This document shows positions 16,789-25,577 of a stretch of 32,000 nt of DNA, piece by piece (the first letter of the stretch is position 1; each line of letters begins with the position of its first letter). Origin of the DNA: Crocosphaera subtropica ATCC 51142. Lineage in GTDB: Bacteria > Cyanobacteriota > Cyanobacteriia > Cyanobacteriales > Microcystaceae. A program made the translations under genes and the position numbers. The stretch covers positions 1,710,001 through 1,742,000 of the forward strand of contig NC_010546.1 of assembly GCF_000017845.1 (NCBI RefSeq), in the 5' to 3' direction. The notes beneath the pieces were generated by a model that saw only the letters and a list, made by a program, of their open reading frames with translations, had not been told where the DNA came from and did not search any database.

Positions 16789-16795
16789 GATCCTC

Positions 16796-17689
16796 TTAAA
16801 ATTCTAAGGCTAATTGTCTTTGATTGCGACTCACTAATTGTTCAAATTCTTGTACAGTGTGAACATATTTTTCAGGGGCGATCGCACTAACATTAAGATG
16901 GCCAGCATCAGGGACTAAAAGAATTTTTTTGGGGACTCTAGCCGCTTCAAATAGGGTTTGACTCATGGTGTAAGGAACTTTGCGATCGCTAGTTCCATGA
17001 ATCAACAACAGAGGAATCTTTAATAAGGATAATTTGCACAAAGAATCGAAGCGTTGATGTAAGAGTAATTTAGTGGGAAATAGTTTATAAATGAACCCTG
17101 AATGATCAACCATATCGATCATCGAAGTGAAAGTATTTTCTGCAATAATGCCGGCTGCATGGGGTTTACGAACGCCTAAATCAATGGCAACAGCGCCACC
17201 CAAAGAATGACCATAAATAAAGATAGTTTGCGGTTTAATTCGACGTTCTTGGGTTAAATAATCCCAAGCGACTTGAGAATCACGGTAGATTTCTGCTTCT
17301 GTGGGAAACTTACCTTTACTGCTACCATAACCCCGATAATCAATAATAAAAACAGAAAAGCCTTGATTATAAAACGTTTGAATGGTGCTTAAATTATGAC
17401 TAACATTGCCACCAATTCCGTGTAAATATAATAAAACTTTTTCGGGGTAAGCATTAGGGTTAATCCACCAACCATGTATTTGTTCTATTTTGCCTTGAGG
17501 GGTCATCACTGATAACCAGACATCTTCGTAAGCCATTCCTAAATCGCCAGGAGTCATATCCAGAGTCAAGGAAGGCTTAAAAATAAGCCGATTTTGACCC
17601 ATAATCAAGGCTGAACAAAGAACTAGATAAGCTATTACTCCGACACCAACACCATTTAGTAATCCTTTCAATAGAAGATTAATCATCAT
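16796..17689 (-). CDS. Alpha/beta-fold hydrolase with an N-terminal membrane anchor
   Basis: HG oxyanion region LYLHGIGGN, nucleophile elbow GHSLGG, LIHGTSDRKVP and a distal GH, consistent with a Ser-Asp-His triad. Confidence 0.8.
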   Translation of the reverse strand: MMINLLLKGLLNGVGVGVIAYLVLCSALIMGQNRLIFKPSLTLDMTPGDLGMAYEDVWLSVMTPQGKIEQIHGWWINPNAYPEKVLLYLHGIGGNVSHNLSTIQTFYNQGFSVFIIDYRGYGSSKGKFPTEAEIYRDSQVAWDYLTQERRIKPQTIFIYGHSLGGAVAIDLGVRKPHAAGIIAENTFTSMIDMVDHSGFIYKLFPTKLLLHQRFDSLCKLSLLKIPLLLIHGTSDRKVPYTMSQTLFEAARVPKKILLVPDAGHLNVSAIAPEKYVHTVQEFEQLVSRNQRQLALEF

Positions 17690-17797
17690 TCAGGAATCAT
17701 CCTCAAGTTTTGCGTCTTAATGTAGCAATAAAATTGTTAATAATGCTATCTTTAAATTATGATCAACATTTAACAATTATTACTATTATCATCTTCC

Positions 17798-19246
17798 CTA
17801 CTGTAACGGAGGTACTTGATTATGCCAATCCGTAGACTGTTCATAGGCATAAGCCACCTGAAATAGTTTCCCTTCTTCGAGGACATTGCCAATCAGTTGT
17901 AGACCAACCGGCAAGTTGTTATCATCGAATCCACAAGGAATACTCATTCCTGGTAAACCGGCTAAATTAACCGGAATCGTGGTTAAATCGGACAGATACA
18001 TACTTAAAGGGTCAGATGTCTTTTCCCCTGCTTTAAAGGCGGTGGTGGGAGACGTAGGACACACTAAGACATCAACTTTTTCAAACCCTGCGTCAAAGTC
18101 TTGCTTAATTAAGGTGCGAACTTTTTGCGCTTTGAGATAATAAGCGTCATAATAACCGGCTGATAGGGTATAAGTCCCGATCATAATCCGTCGTTTAACC
18201 TCATTACCAAACCCGACAGCGCGAGTTTTGGTGTACATATCGATGAGGGTATCTGCATCTTCGCGAATGCCATATTTTACCGCATCGTAACGGGCTAAAT
18301 TTGAGGAGGCTTCTGAGGGGGCAATGATATAGTAAGCAGGAAGACCATAACGGAAACGGGGACAAGAAACATTGACAACTTTTGCCCCTAACGTTTTGAG
18401 ATGATCGATCGCTGCTTTGACGGTTTTAGAGACAACGGGATCTAATCCTTCTCCAAAGGTTTCTTCAATCACACCGATGGTTAACCCCTCTAAGGAAGGT
18501 TTAAGGAATTGGGTATAGTCGGGGACGGGGGTGTTGATGCTGGTGGAATCTTTGGGATCGTAACCGGCGATCGCCCCTAATAAGATGGCTGCATCTTGGA
18601 CGTTACGGGCAAAGGGTCCAATTTGATCCAAAGACGAGGCATAGGCCACCAACCCAAAGCGAGACACTAGCCCATAGGTGGGTTTTAGCCCCACTACGCC
18701 ACATAAAGAAGCCGGTTGACGGATCGAACCCCCTGTATCAGAACCCAAGGCCACAACGCATTCTGAGGCTGCTACGGCTGCCGCTGATCCCCCAGACGAT
18801 CCTCCTGGAACCCTGGAAAGATCCCACGGGTTAGCGGTGACTTGATAACCGGAGTTTTCCGTAGAACTTCCCATAGCAAACTCATCGAGGTTCGTTTTGC
18901 CTACCATGACAGCCCCTGCGTCTTTTAATTTTTGGGTGACGGTCGATTCGTAGGGAGGGACAAAATTGGCTAAAATTTTCGATCCACAGGTGGTTTTAAT
19001 GCCTGTGGTACACATATTATCTTTGATACCGATGGGAATACCAGCTAACAAGCCAATTTCTTCATTTTTGGCGATTTTTTCATCGACTTTTTTTGCGGTT
19101 TCCAGGGCGTGATCGGCAGTAACTTGTAAGAAACTTTTGACTTTGGAGTCGACTGCGTTGATTCTTTCTAACGCTTCTGTGGTAATTTCAACGGCCGATC
19201 GTTCTTTGTTAACTAATTGTTGATGGAGTTCGCGGATAGATGTCAT
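17798..19246 (-). CDS. gatA: Glutamyl-tRNA(Gln) amidotransferase subunit A
   Basis: Full-length amidase-signature protein ([39 protein letters not shown]). Length and termini are typical of GatA. Confidence 0.97.
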
Positions 19247-19344
19247 AGTCTACTCTTATCAGTGAAGGGAGGGGATAGGTTACACGCCCACCATTTAAAG
19301 ATAGTACCATTTTGACGCATGATAATTAAAGATAGAATAAAAGA

Positions 19345-19953
19345 ATGAAAACAGATACTATCTTTTATCGTCTCTTTCAATCTTTTCCCTCTATTTTCTT
19401 TGAATTGATTCAACTTCCTGCAACGGAAGTAAACAACTATTATTTTGATTCGGTAGAGGTTAAGCAATTATCCTTTCGCATTGACGGAGTATTCTTACCG
19501 AAAAATAATAATTCTAATACACCGATTTATTTCTGTGAGGTAGAGTTTCAAAAAGACGATAACTTTTACGGTCGCTTCTTTGCAGAAATCTTCTTATATC
19601 TTAGTAAAACTAACTTAGCTAATGATTGGCGTGGGGTAATCATTTATCCTAACCATCAAGTAGAAACAGATAACATCCAACGCTATCAAGATATGTTAAT
19701 TTCTGGTCGAGTGACTCGCCTTTATTTGAATGAATTAAAAAACCTTAATCCAACCTCGATCGCATTAGCAACAGTACAGTTAATTACTTTACCTGAAACA
19801 AAAGCCATTGATGCTACCCGTCAACTGATTCAAAGAGTTAGAACCGAGTTAACACCAGACCAAAAGCCCGAAGAACTTTTACAATTAATAGAGACTATTC
19901 TTGTTTATAAGTTACCCCGTTTAAGTCGTAGGGAGGTAGACAAGAATTATTAG
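19345..19953 (+). CDS. Rpn-family / DUF2887 PD-(D/E)XK-type putative recombination nuclease, probably 3'-truncated
   Basis: The N-terminus MKTDTIFYRLFQSFPSIFFELI...FRIDGVFLP...IYFCEVEFQKD..FYGRFFAEIFLYL is characteristic of the cyanobacterial DUF2887/Rpn family. The family-like sequence stops at ...YKLPRLSRREV and the ORF ends 4 codons later, at the junction with an antitoxin remnant. Confidence 0.65.
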   Translation: MKTDTIFYRLFQSFPSIFFELIQLPATEVNNYYFDSVEVKQLSFRIDGVFLPKNNNSNTPIYFCEVEFQKDDNFYGRFFAEIFLYLSKTNLANDWRGVIIYPNHQVETDNIQRYQDMLISGRVTRLYLNELKNLNPTSIALATVQLITLPETKAIDATRQLIQRVRTELTPDQKPEELLQLIETILVYKLPRLSRREVDKNY

Positions 19954-20051
19954 AGAATATTAAACAATCAGAACAAGATTATGCTGAGGGTAACGTTAAG
20001 AGAGGGTCAGTCAGTGATGTGATGAAAGCTTTAGAAGAATGCGAGAATTAG
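19932..20051 (+). pseudogene. 5'-truncated antitoxin remnant (C-terminal ~39 codons only)
   Basis: The frame is open only from 19932. It reads ...ELLENIKQSEQDYAEGNVKRGSVSDVMKALEECEN then a stop, and overlaps the ATG of the downstream toxin by 13 bp as in intact TA operons. There is no start codon or N-terminal DNA-binding part. Confidence 0.4.
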
Positions 20052-20334
20052 TTTGGAGTCCTAACTTTATCCGTCAACTTAAACGTTTAGTTCGTCAAAA
20101 CCCATCAATTAAACAGACGGTTGAACAAACATTAGAACGATTAAGTAATGATCTTTTTGACCCTAGCTTGAAAACCCATAAACTTAAGGGAAAACTTGCC
20201 AATCAATGGTCATGTTCAATTGACTACAGTATGACTACAGTAATCGCATTGTTTTTCAGTTTATGGACAATTCTGAGCTAAAAACTGCAGAAATTGTTCT
20301 GTTGGCCATTGGTTCACATGATGAAGTTTATTAA
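20039..20334 (+). pseudogene. RelE/YafQ-family toxin gene inactivated by an 11-bp tandem duplication
   Basis: TGACTACAGTA occurs twice in tandem (20221-20231, 20232-20242). Removing one copy restores a 94-aa ORF ending ...SCSIDYSNRIVFQFMDNSELKTAEIVLLAIGSHDEVY, a typical RelE/YafQ C-terminus. Confidence 0.8.
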
Positions 20335-20391
20335 CAAAATTTAAGCTTCTATTTCTCTTATTCAAGATAGCAATAACTCATTTTTTTCTGT

Positions 20392-22197
20392 TCACTGTTC
20401 ACTGATCACATTATTGCCTCCAGTTTGTACTTGCCATAACCCTGCATAAATCCCTTGTTTTTCTAATAGTTGTTCGTGGGTTCCTTGTTCGACAATTTTT
20501 CCAAATTCCATCACATAAATACAGTCAGAATGACGAATTGTAGACAACCGATGGGCGATCGCAATAGTCGTTCTTTGGGCGGTAATTTTGTCTAAGGAAC
20601 GGGCGATCGCTGCTTCGGTTTCGTTGTCTACGGCTGAGGTAGCTTCGTCTAAAATCAAGATAGGTGGATCTTTTAAAATAGCCCTTGCAATGGCAATTCT
20701 TTGCCGTTGTCCCCCAGATAATTTCTGTCCCCTTTCCCCGACAATCGTATCGTAACCTTGATACAAGTTCTCTATGAATTCATGGGCTTCTGCTAGTTTA
20801 GCTGCTTGTATTATTTTGGCATCAGTAGCGTTAGGATTTCCATAGGCAATATTTTCTTTGACCGTTCCATGAAATAGAAAAACATCTTGACTCACTAACC
20901 CGATCGCTTTGCGTAAATCCCCTAAAAAGATATCCTGAATATTGATATCATCTAAGGTGATTTTACCGTGATTAATTTCGTATAATCTTAGTAACAATTT
21001 CACTAAGGTACTTTTCCCTGAACCCGTTGAACCCACAACACCAATACGATGACCAGCTGGAATTTCTAAATACAGATTTTTCAGAATAGGATGACCTTCT
21101 TGATAGGCAAAGGTAACGTTTTCAAGTTTAATTTTTCCTTGTATGGTTTCTCTAGGTAAAGCGACAGTTCCTGTATGAATAGTTATGGGTGTATCTAATA
21201 AGTTCATGACCCGATTTGTCGAAGCCATTGACCGTTGATAAAGGTCTAAGGTTTGGCCTAATCTGGTTAATGGCCATAGTAATCGTTGCGTCATAAACAC
21301 TAAAACGCTATAGGTTCCGACAGCTAATTTACCCTCCACTGCTTCCATGCCACCGTATAATAAAATAGCAGTAAATCCCACTAAGATAATAAGACGAATG
21401 AGAGGAACAAAGGCTGCACTAAAGGCGATCGCTTTTTGATTGCTCTTTCTATAAGCTTGACTATCTTGCCGTAATCTGTCTAATTCATAAGCTTCTGTTG
21501 TAAAACTTTTAATGGTTGTAATTCCACTTAAATTATTGGATAAACGACTATTTAATAAACTGACTTTTTCTCTCACATCAGTATAACGAGGGGCTAATAA
21601 TTTTTGAAACCTGATAGAACCCCATAAAATAAAAGGAATGGGTAACATGGCCATCCATGCGGTGCTTGGGGTAACAATAAAAAAGGCTGCCCCAATAATA
21701 ATAACGGTTGTAATTACCTGTAAGATTTCATTGGCACCAATATCTAAAAAACGCTCTAATTGATTAATATCATCGTTTAAAATGGATAAGAGTAGTCCTG
21801 TATTTCTTTCTTCAAAATAGGCGAGTTCCAACTCTTGTAAATGACCGTAGGCATGAAGTCTTAAATCGTGTTGAATATTTTGGGCTAGATTCCGCCATAA
21901 TCTCTCATACATATATTGGAATAAAGATTCTAATCCCCAGATAATAATGGAGAGAAAAGTTAAAATTAATAATTGAACAAAAACATCTTTGAACCCTAAC
22001 TGTGCAATTAAAGAATCTTGTTGTTTTACAACGACATCAACCGCAGCACCAATTAATACCGGTGGGGCTAAATCAAAGATTTTATTTATGATAGAACAAG
22101 CGACAGCTTTCCAAATAAGGGGGCGATAGGCTTTTCCATATTCAAAAAGCCTTTGCATGGGATGTTGATTTTTATGATCGTTTTTTCTTTTAGACAT
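20392..22197 (-). CDS. ABC exporter, fused permease/ATPase (ABCB/MsbA-like)
   Basis: Six-TM N-terminal domain. Walker A GSTGSGKST, signature LSGGQRQR, Walker B ILILDEATS, H-loop IAHRL. Confidence 0.9.
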   Translation of the reverse strand: MSKRKNDHKNQHPMQRLFEYGKAYRPLIWKAVACSIINKIFDLAPPVLIGAAVDVVVKQQDSLIAQLGFKDVFVQLLILTFLSIIIWGLESLFQYMYERLWRNLAQNIQHDLRLHAYGHLQELELAYFEERNTGLLLSILNDDINQLERFLDIGANEILQVITTVIIIGAAFFIVTPSTAWMAMLPIPFILWGSIRFQKLLAPRYTDVREKVSLLNSRLSNNLSGITTIKSFTTEAYELDRLRQDSQAYRKSNQKAIAFSAAFVPLIRLIILVGFTAILLYGGMEAVEGKLAVGTYSVLVFMTQRLLWPLTRLGQTLDLYQRSMASTNRVMNLLDTPITIHTGTVALPRETIQGKIKLENVTFAYQEGHPILKNLYLEIPAGHRIGVVGSTGSGKSTLVKLLLRLYEINHGKITLDDINIQDIFLGDLRKAIGLVSQDVFLFHGTVKENIAYGNPNATDAKIIQAAKLAEAHEFIENLYQGYDTIVGERGQKLSGGQRQRIAIARAILKDPPILILDEATSAVDNETEAAIARSLDKITAQRTTIAIAHRLSTIRHSDCIYVMEFGKIVEQGTHEQLLEKQGIYAGLWQVQTGGNNVISEQ

Positions 22198-22346
22198 AGT
22201 TTTTCTATTTTAAATTTTAAGACACTGTTTGTAAACAAAAGATGTATTTATACAAGCTTTAATAGAAAAAAAGTTAGTTAGTTTCTTTAAAAACTTCAAA
22301 TGATAAATTTATTTTAAATAATCTTCAATCAACAAAATAAATTTTC

Positions 22347-22616
22347 TCAATAAATTTTTTCGTTTGTTGTAAATGATCTAAACATTTTAGATTCTCCAAT
22401 CCACTCATCAAAATCAAAAGTATGATGTAATTCATCATTATTGAATCGCTTAATAAATTCTTCTGTTGATAATTGATATTTAGTTTCAAAGAATAAGATA
22501 CGTTCTTCTGTTTTTTTTATTCCTGCTTTAACGCTTTGTAATCTTTCTGATAAAGCATTTTCAATAATTCTTTTAAGGGCTTCGGGATCTTTTGATTTTA
22601 TTTTTAATTCAGCCAT
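22347..22616 (-). CDS. Small hypothetical protein (89 aa, helical/charged)
   Basis: Clean ORF between the GHL10-like gene and the ABC exporter on the same strand. No family recognised. The motif STEEFIKRFNNDEL..TFDFDEW is reminiscent of small cyanobacterial antitoxin-like proteins, but there is no partner gene. Confidence 0.4.
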   Translation of the reverse strand: MAELKIKSKDPEALKRIIENALSERLQSVKAGIKKTEERILFFETKYQLSTEEFIKRFNNDELHHTFDFDEWIGESKMFRSFTTNEKIY

Positions 22617-22665
22617 AATTTTTAGAAATTACTATTATTATTTTAATTGATTTTAAAATTAAACT

Positions 22666-24144
22666 TTAGTTACATAATCTTCGAGTTTGAGTAAGTTCTG
22701 GTTCTTGCCAAGAAAAGGCAAAATGACTAATAGATTTTAGTTGCGGAAATGCTGTCCGAATGGCGTTCATTTGGGTTTCTAATGTCGGACGGTTAGCTTC
22801 AGCTTTTCCCCAAGATCCTGCGATCGCAGGTGTAATTTTTGTTTGCGGCGAAGCCATCTGAAACACCCTTTTAACTTGTTCTACAATACAATTAGCATCT
22901 TTACACAAACCGTAAGCCATTGGGTGAAACTCTAGAGATGGAGAAAACTGATCCCATGCTTGCAAACGGGAGTCAAACCCCTTTTCTCCTACTAATCGAT
23001 TACCATCAGGAAAGAACACAGCCCCAGCCTGAATACCATAACGTTTAACGACAGATTCTGCAAAGGAAACAAAGTTAATGACCCCTTGGGCTGCATGGGC
23101 AACCACTAAATACCAGATTTCGTCTTTTATGCGTTGATATCGAAAGTTTAAGGGTTGATTGAAGGTGGTTTCTGGTGTGGTTCGACCTTGCCACAAAGGT
23201 ACAGTTTCGTTAGGATACAATTGATCCACTTCTTTAATATCGTTAACGGTAAGATAGCCTTTGGTAACGTAGCGATGAATGAGATCCCGACCTTTATTAT
23301 TAACCGCGCGATCGTATAATGTTTGCAAAGATGCCGGACTATAGATCCACAAGTCTTTAACTTTTCCTGCAACTGACTGGGTTCCAGTTCCTCTAGGATA
23401 GCGTACATAGTCGAATAATACCCCATCCGGTCGCCGTTTTAAGACTGCTTCTAATAACCGATAATAGTCCGTTTGGGCCTGACGGTTATAGGGATCAACA
23501 AACGCCTGGGCCCCATCATGCACATAGCTGGTACTATCTTCTCCTTTGCCATTCCTAGCCAAAACTTGCTGGCGATCGCTTCTTTGGGCGTAAGCGTAAC
23601 CAAAATTGAGGGTAAATAGCCACGCATACATTTTTAAGCCCCGTTCCCGTCCTTTCTTGATGGTTTGGGCTAATAAATCCACATTTTCCACCCCCGATGT
23701 CCTGACAACGGTATCCCAAGGGGTGGGGTTATCGGCTGGGGGTAGGAGTACCTGACTATTGGCAAAGGTTTCGATATAGACGGTATTATAGCCTTTACTC
23801 ACAATGCGATCTAACACAGCATCAATGGAACCCGAACGCACATCACAAGGGTATAATCGTAACCAGATGGCTTGTTCTTGGGGCCACGTTTGTTGACGAC
23901 AACGACGTAATTCTAAGGCGTGTTTTTGGATTAAACTTTCATAGGTTTGTTGGGCTTGGCGATCGCCTTTTAAAGCCGTTTTTAAGAGGTTTTCTTTTTG
24001 GGTGATCGCTTGGGGAGAAAGTTGACAATAATTACTGGCTGTAGCTATTTTTATGGAGAATAAGGGAAAAATGCTGTTACCGAGGGTGATTAATAATCCC
24101 ATCATCGGATAGATTAATGTTTGAGAAAGCGATCGGCCTTTCAT
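22666..24144 (-). CDS. Glycoside-hydrolase-like GHL10 (DUF187) family protein, secreted/anchored
   Basis: N-terminal hydrophobic segment. TIM-barrel-like core with motifs shared with the paralogue at 27444-29027 (YNTVY.ETF..S, LKMYAWL, DGVLFDYVRYP). Confidence 0.7.
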   Translation of the reverse strand: MKGRSLSQTLIYPMMGLLITLGNSIFPLFSIKIATASNYCQLSPQAITQKENLLKTALKGDRQAQQTYESLIQKHALELRRCRQQTWPQEQAIWLRLYPCDVRSGSIDAVLDRIVSKGYNTVYIETFANSQVLLPPADNPTPWDTVVRTSGVENVDLLAQTIKKGRERGLKMYAWLFTLNFGYAYAQRSDRQQVLARNGKGEDSTSYVHDGAQAFVDPYNRQAQTDYYRLLEAVLKRRPDGVLFDYVRYPRGTGTQSVAGKVKDLWIYSPASLQTLYDRAVNNKGRDLIHRYVTKGYLTVNDIKEVDQLYPNETVPLWQGRTTPETTFNQPLNFRYQRIKDEIWYLVVAHAAQGVINFVSFAESVVKRYGIQAGAVFFPDGNRLVGEKGFDSRLQAWDQFSPSLEFHPMAYGLCKDANCIVEQVKRVFQMASPQTKITPAIAGSWGKAEANRPTLETQMNAIRTAFPQLKSISHFAFSWQEPELTQTRRLCN

Positions 24145-24263
24145 GTATTTTTACTTTCCAGCCTCATTGCGATAAATGGGTTTCTATTTTAACAAATTTT
24201 TACTCTCGCTTGAAAAAGCATAAATTATAATTAAGTCATTAACTGGCTATTGATTGAGTAAGA

Positions 24264-25571
24264 ATGATGTCAGCTAATAAGAAAAAAATAGCTATTATTT
24301 TAGTCCCTGGTTTGATGTTAGTTCCTAATTCTCACACATCATCCTTAGCTTCTAGTATTTGGGATCAACTTCAACTTCAGTGTAAAGATAATATACATAA
24401 CTATAACGTCATTACAAATGATTTTTTTCAATCTCACAAATCTATTCATTTTTATGAAATAGACTGGTCATCTCATATTGGTCAAAATAGAACAGATTTT
24501 AATCCTTTTTACCAAGCTTTTTTGACTTTTAAGGTTTTCAAAAACTTATTAATAAGTATTTTTTTAGTGTTTTTGAATCTTTTGAGATCTATAATAAACA
24601 AGCAATTGAAAGCATACAAATCCTACATTATATCTGTTGCAACTACATGGAGTTTAATGCTATATATTATTTTTACTCCTCTTTTTTCTTTCTCTTTGCT
24701 GATTGTCAATTTGTTGATAATTTCGTCTATACTTCATGAATTTTTTAAAGATACTTCAAACAACTTAGCCTCTAATATTGATCTGATAAGCGGTTATCTA
24801 TTTAATTTTTTACAGTTTGTTTTAAACGTAACTACTTCTTGTTTAAATTTTATTTTAAACCAAATATTAATTAATTTTATAAATAACTTGATTAGTATGT
24901 TTTCTTTTTTCTCATTATCCTCCATATTACCCTCTATAAATAATTCAATTATCACGAATGTTTCAATTATATTATTAATTATAATATGGATTATTGGAGT
25001 TGCATTATCTCCTCAGATAACTAAGGTCTTAGAATTTCTTATTTTTGTCCATAATTACTGTCAAAATGAATTATTAAGAGTTCAAACAAGAGTCACTTTT
25101 CTGAAAATAATCAATTCTATTTTATTAGATCCAATTGATTATCAAGATATAGTGATTATCAGCCATAGTTTTGGCAGTTTATTAGTAACAGACTTATTAG
25201 CTAATATCAAATATTCCCAAAAAATAAAACATTACTCTTTTGGTAATAATTTAGGACTAATAGGAATTGTTTATTATGATTTCATTCATAATATTGTGGA
25301 AAAGGTTATAAGAAAATATAAATGGATTGATTATTATTACTTTTTTGATTTTTATGCTACTGAAGTTCCCATATTTACAAAGAAAAAATATACTAATTTT
25401 AAACAACAAGAAATTAGGTATTATTTACAAATTAAAGATTGGATATCTTTATTATCTACTGCTAAATTTCATTTAGTTTATTTTCTAAAAGATAGCGTAG
25501 TAAAAGAAAATAAGAATAAACAATCTCCTCTTGAGGAAATTATAGATGATATCTATTCTGAAATCTCATAA
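24264..25571 (+). CDS. Very A+T-rich hypothetical polytopic membrane protein with alpha/beta-hydrolase-like elements
   Basis: 435-aa ORF rich in I/L/N/F/S/K. KKIAIILVPGL near the N-terminus, several hydrophobic segments in the middle, and a lipase-like nucleophile elbow IVIISHSFGSLLV at ~aa 300. Confidence 0.5.
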   Translation: MMSANKKKIAIILVPGLMLVPNSHTSSLASSIWDQLQLQCKDNIHNYNVITNDFFQSHKSIHFYEIDWSSHIGQNRTDFNPFYQAFLTFKVFKNLLISIFLVFLNLLRSIINKQLKAYKSYIISVATTWSLMLYIIFTPLFSFSLLIVNLLIISSILHEFFKDTSNNLASNIDLISGYLFNFLQFVLNVTTSCLNFILNQILINFINNLISMFSFFSLSSILPSINNSIITNVSIILLIIIWIIGVALSPQITKVLEFLIFVHNYCQNELLRVQTRVTFLKIINSILLDPIDYQDIVIISHSFGSLLVTDLLANIKYSQKIKHYSFGNNLGLIGIVYYDFIHNIVEKVIRKYKWIDYYYFFDFYATEVPIFTKKKYTNFKQQEIRYYLQIKDWISLLSTAKFHLVYFLKDSVVKENKNKQSPLEEIIDDIYSEIS

Positions 25572-25577
25572 TTAAAC

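Noticed and set aside
17886-19467. ORFs 17886-18140 (+) and 19243-19467 (-)
   Set aside because: The first is antisense inside gatA. The second spans the gatA upstream region and overlaps the start of the DUF2887 gene, and its sequence is not protein-like.
23148-23426. 92-aa minus-strand ORF in an alternative frame
   Set aside because: Nested within the GHL10-like gene in another frame, with no independent support.
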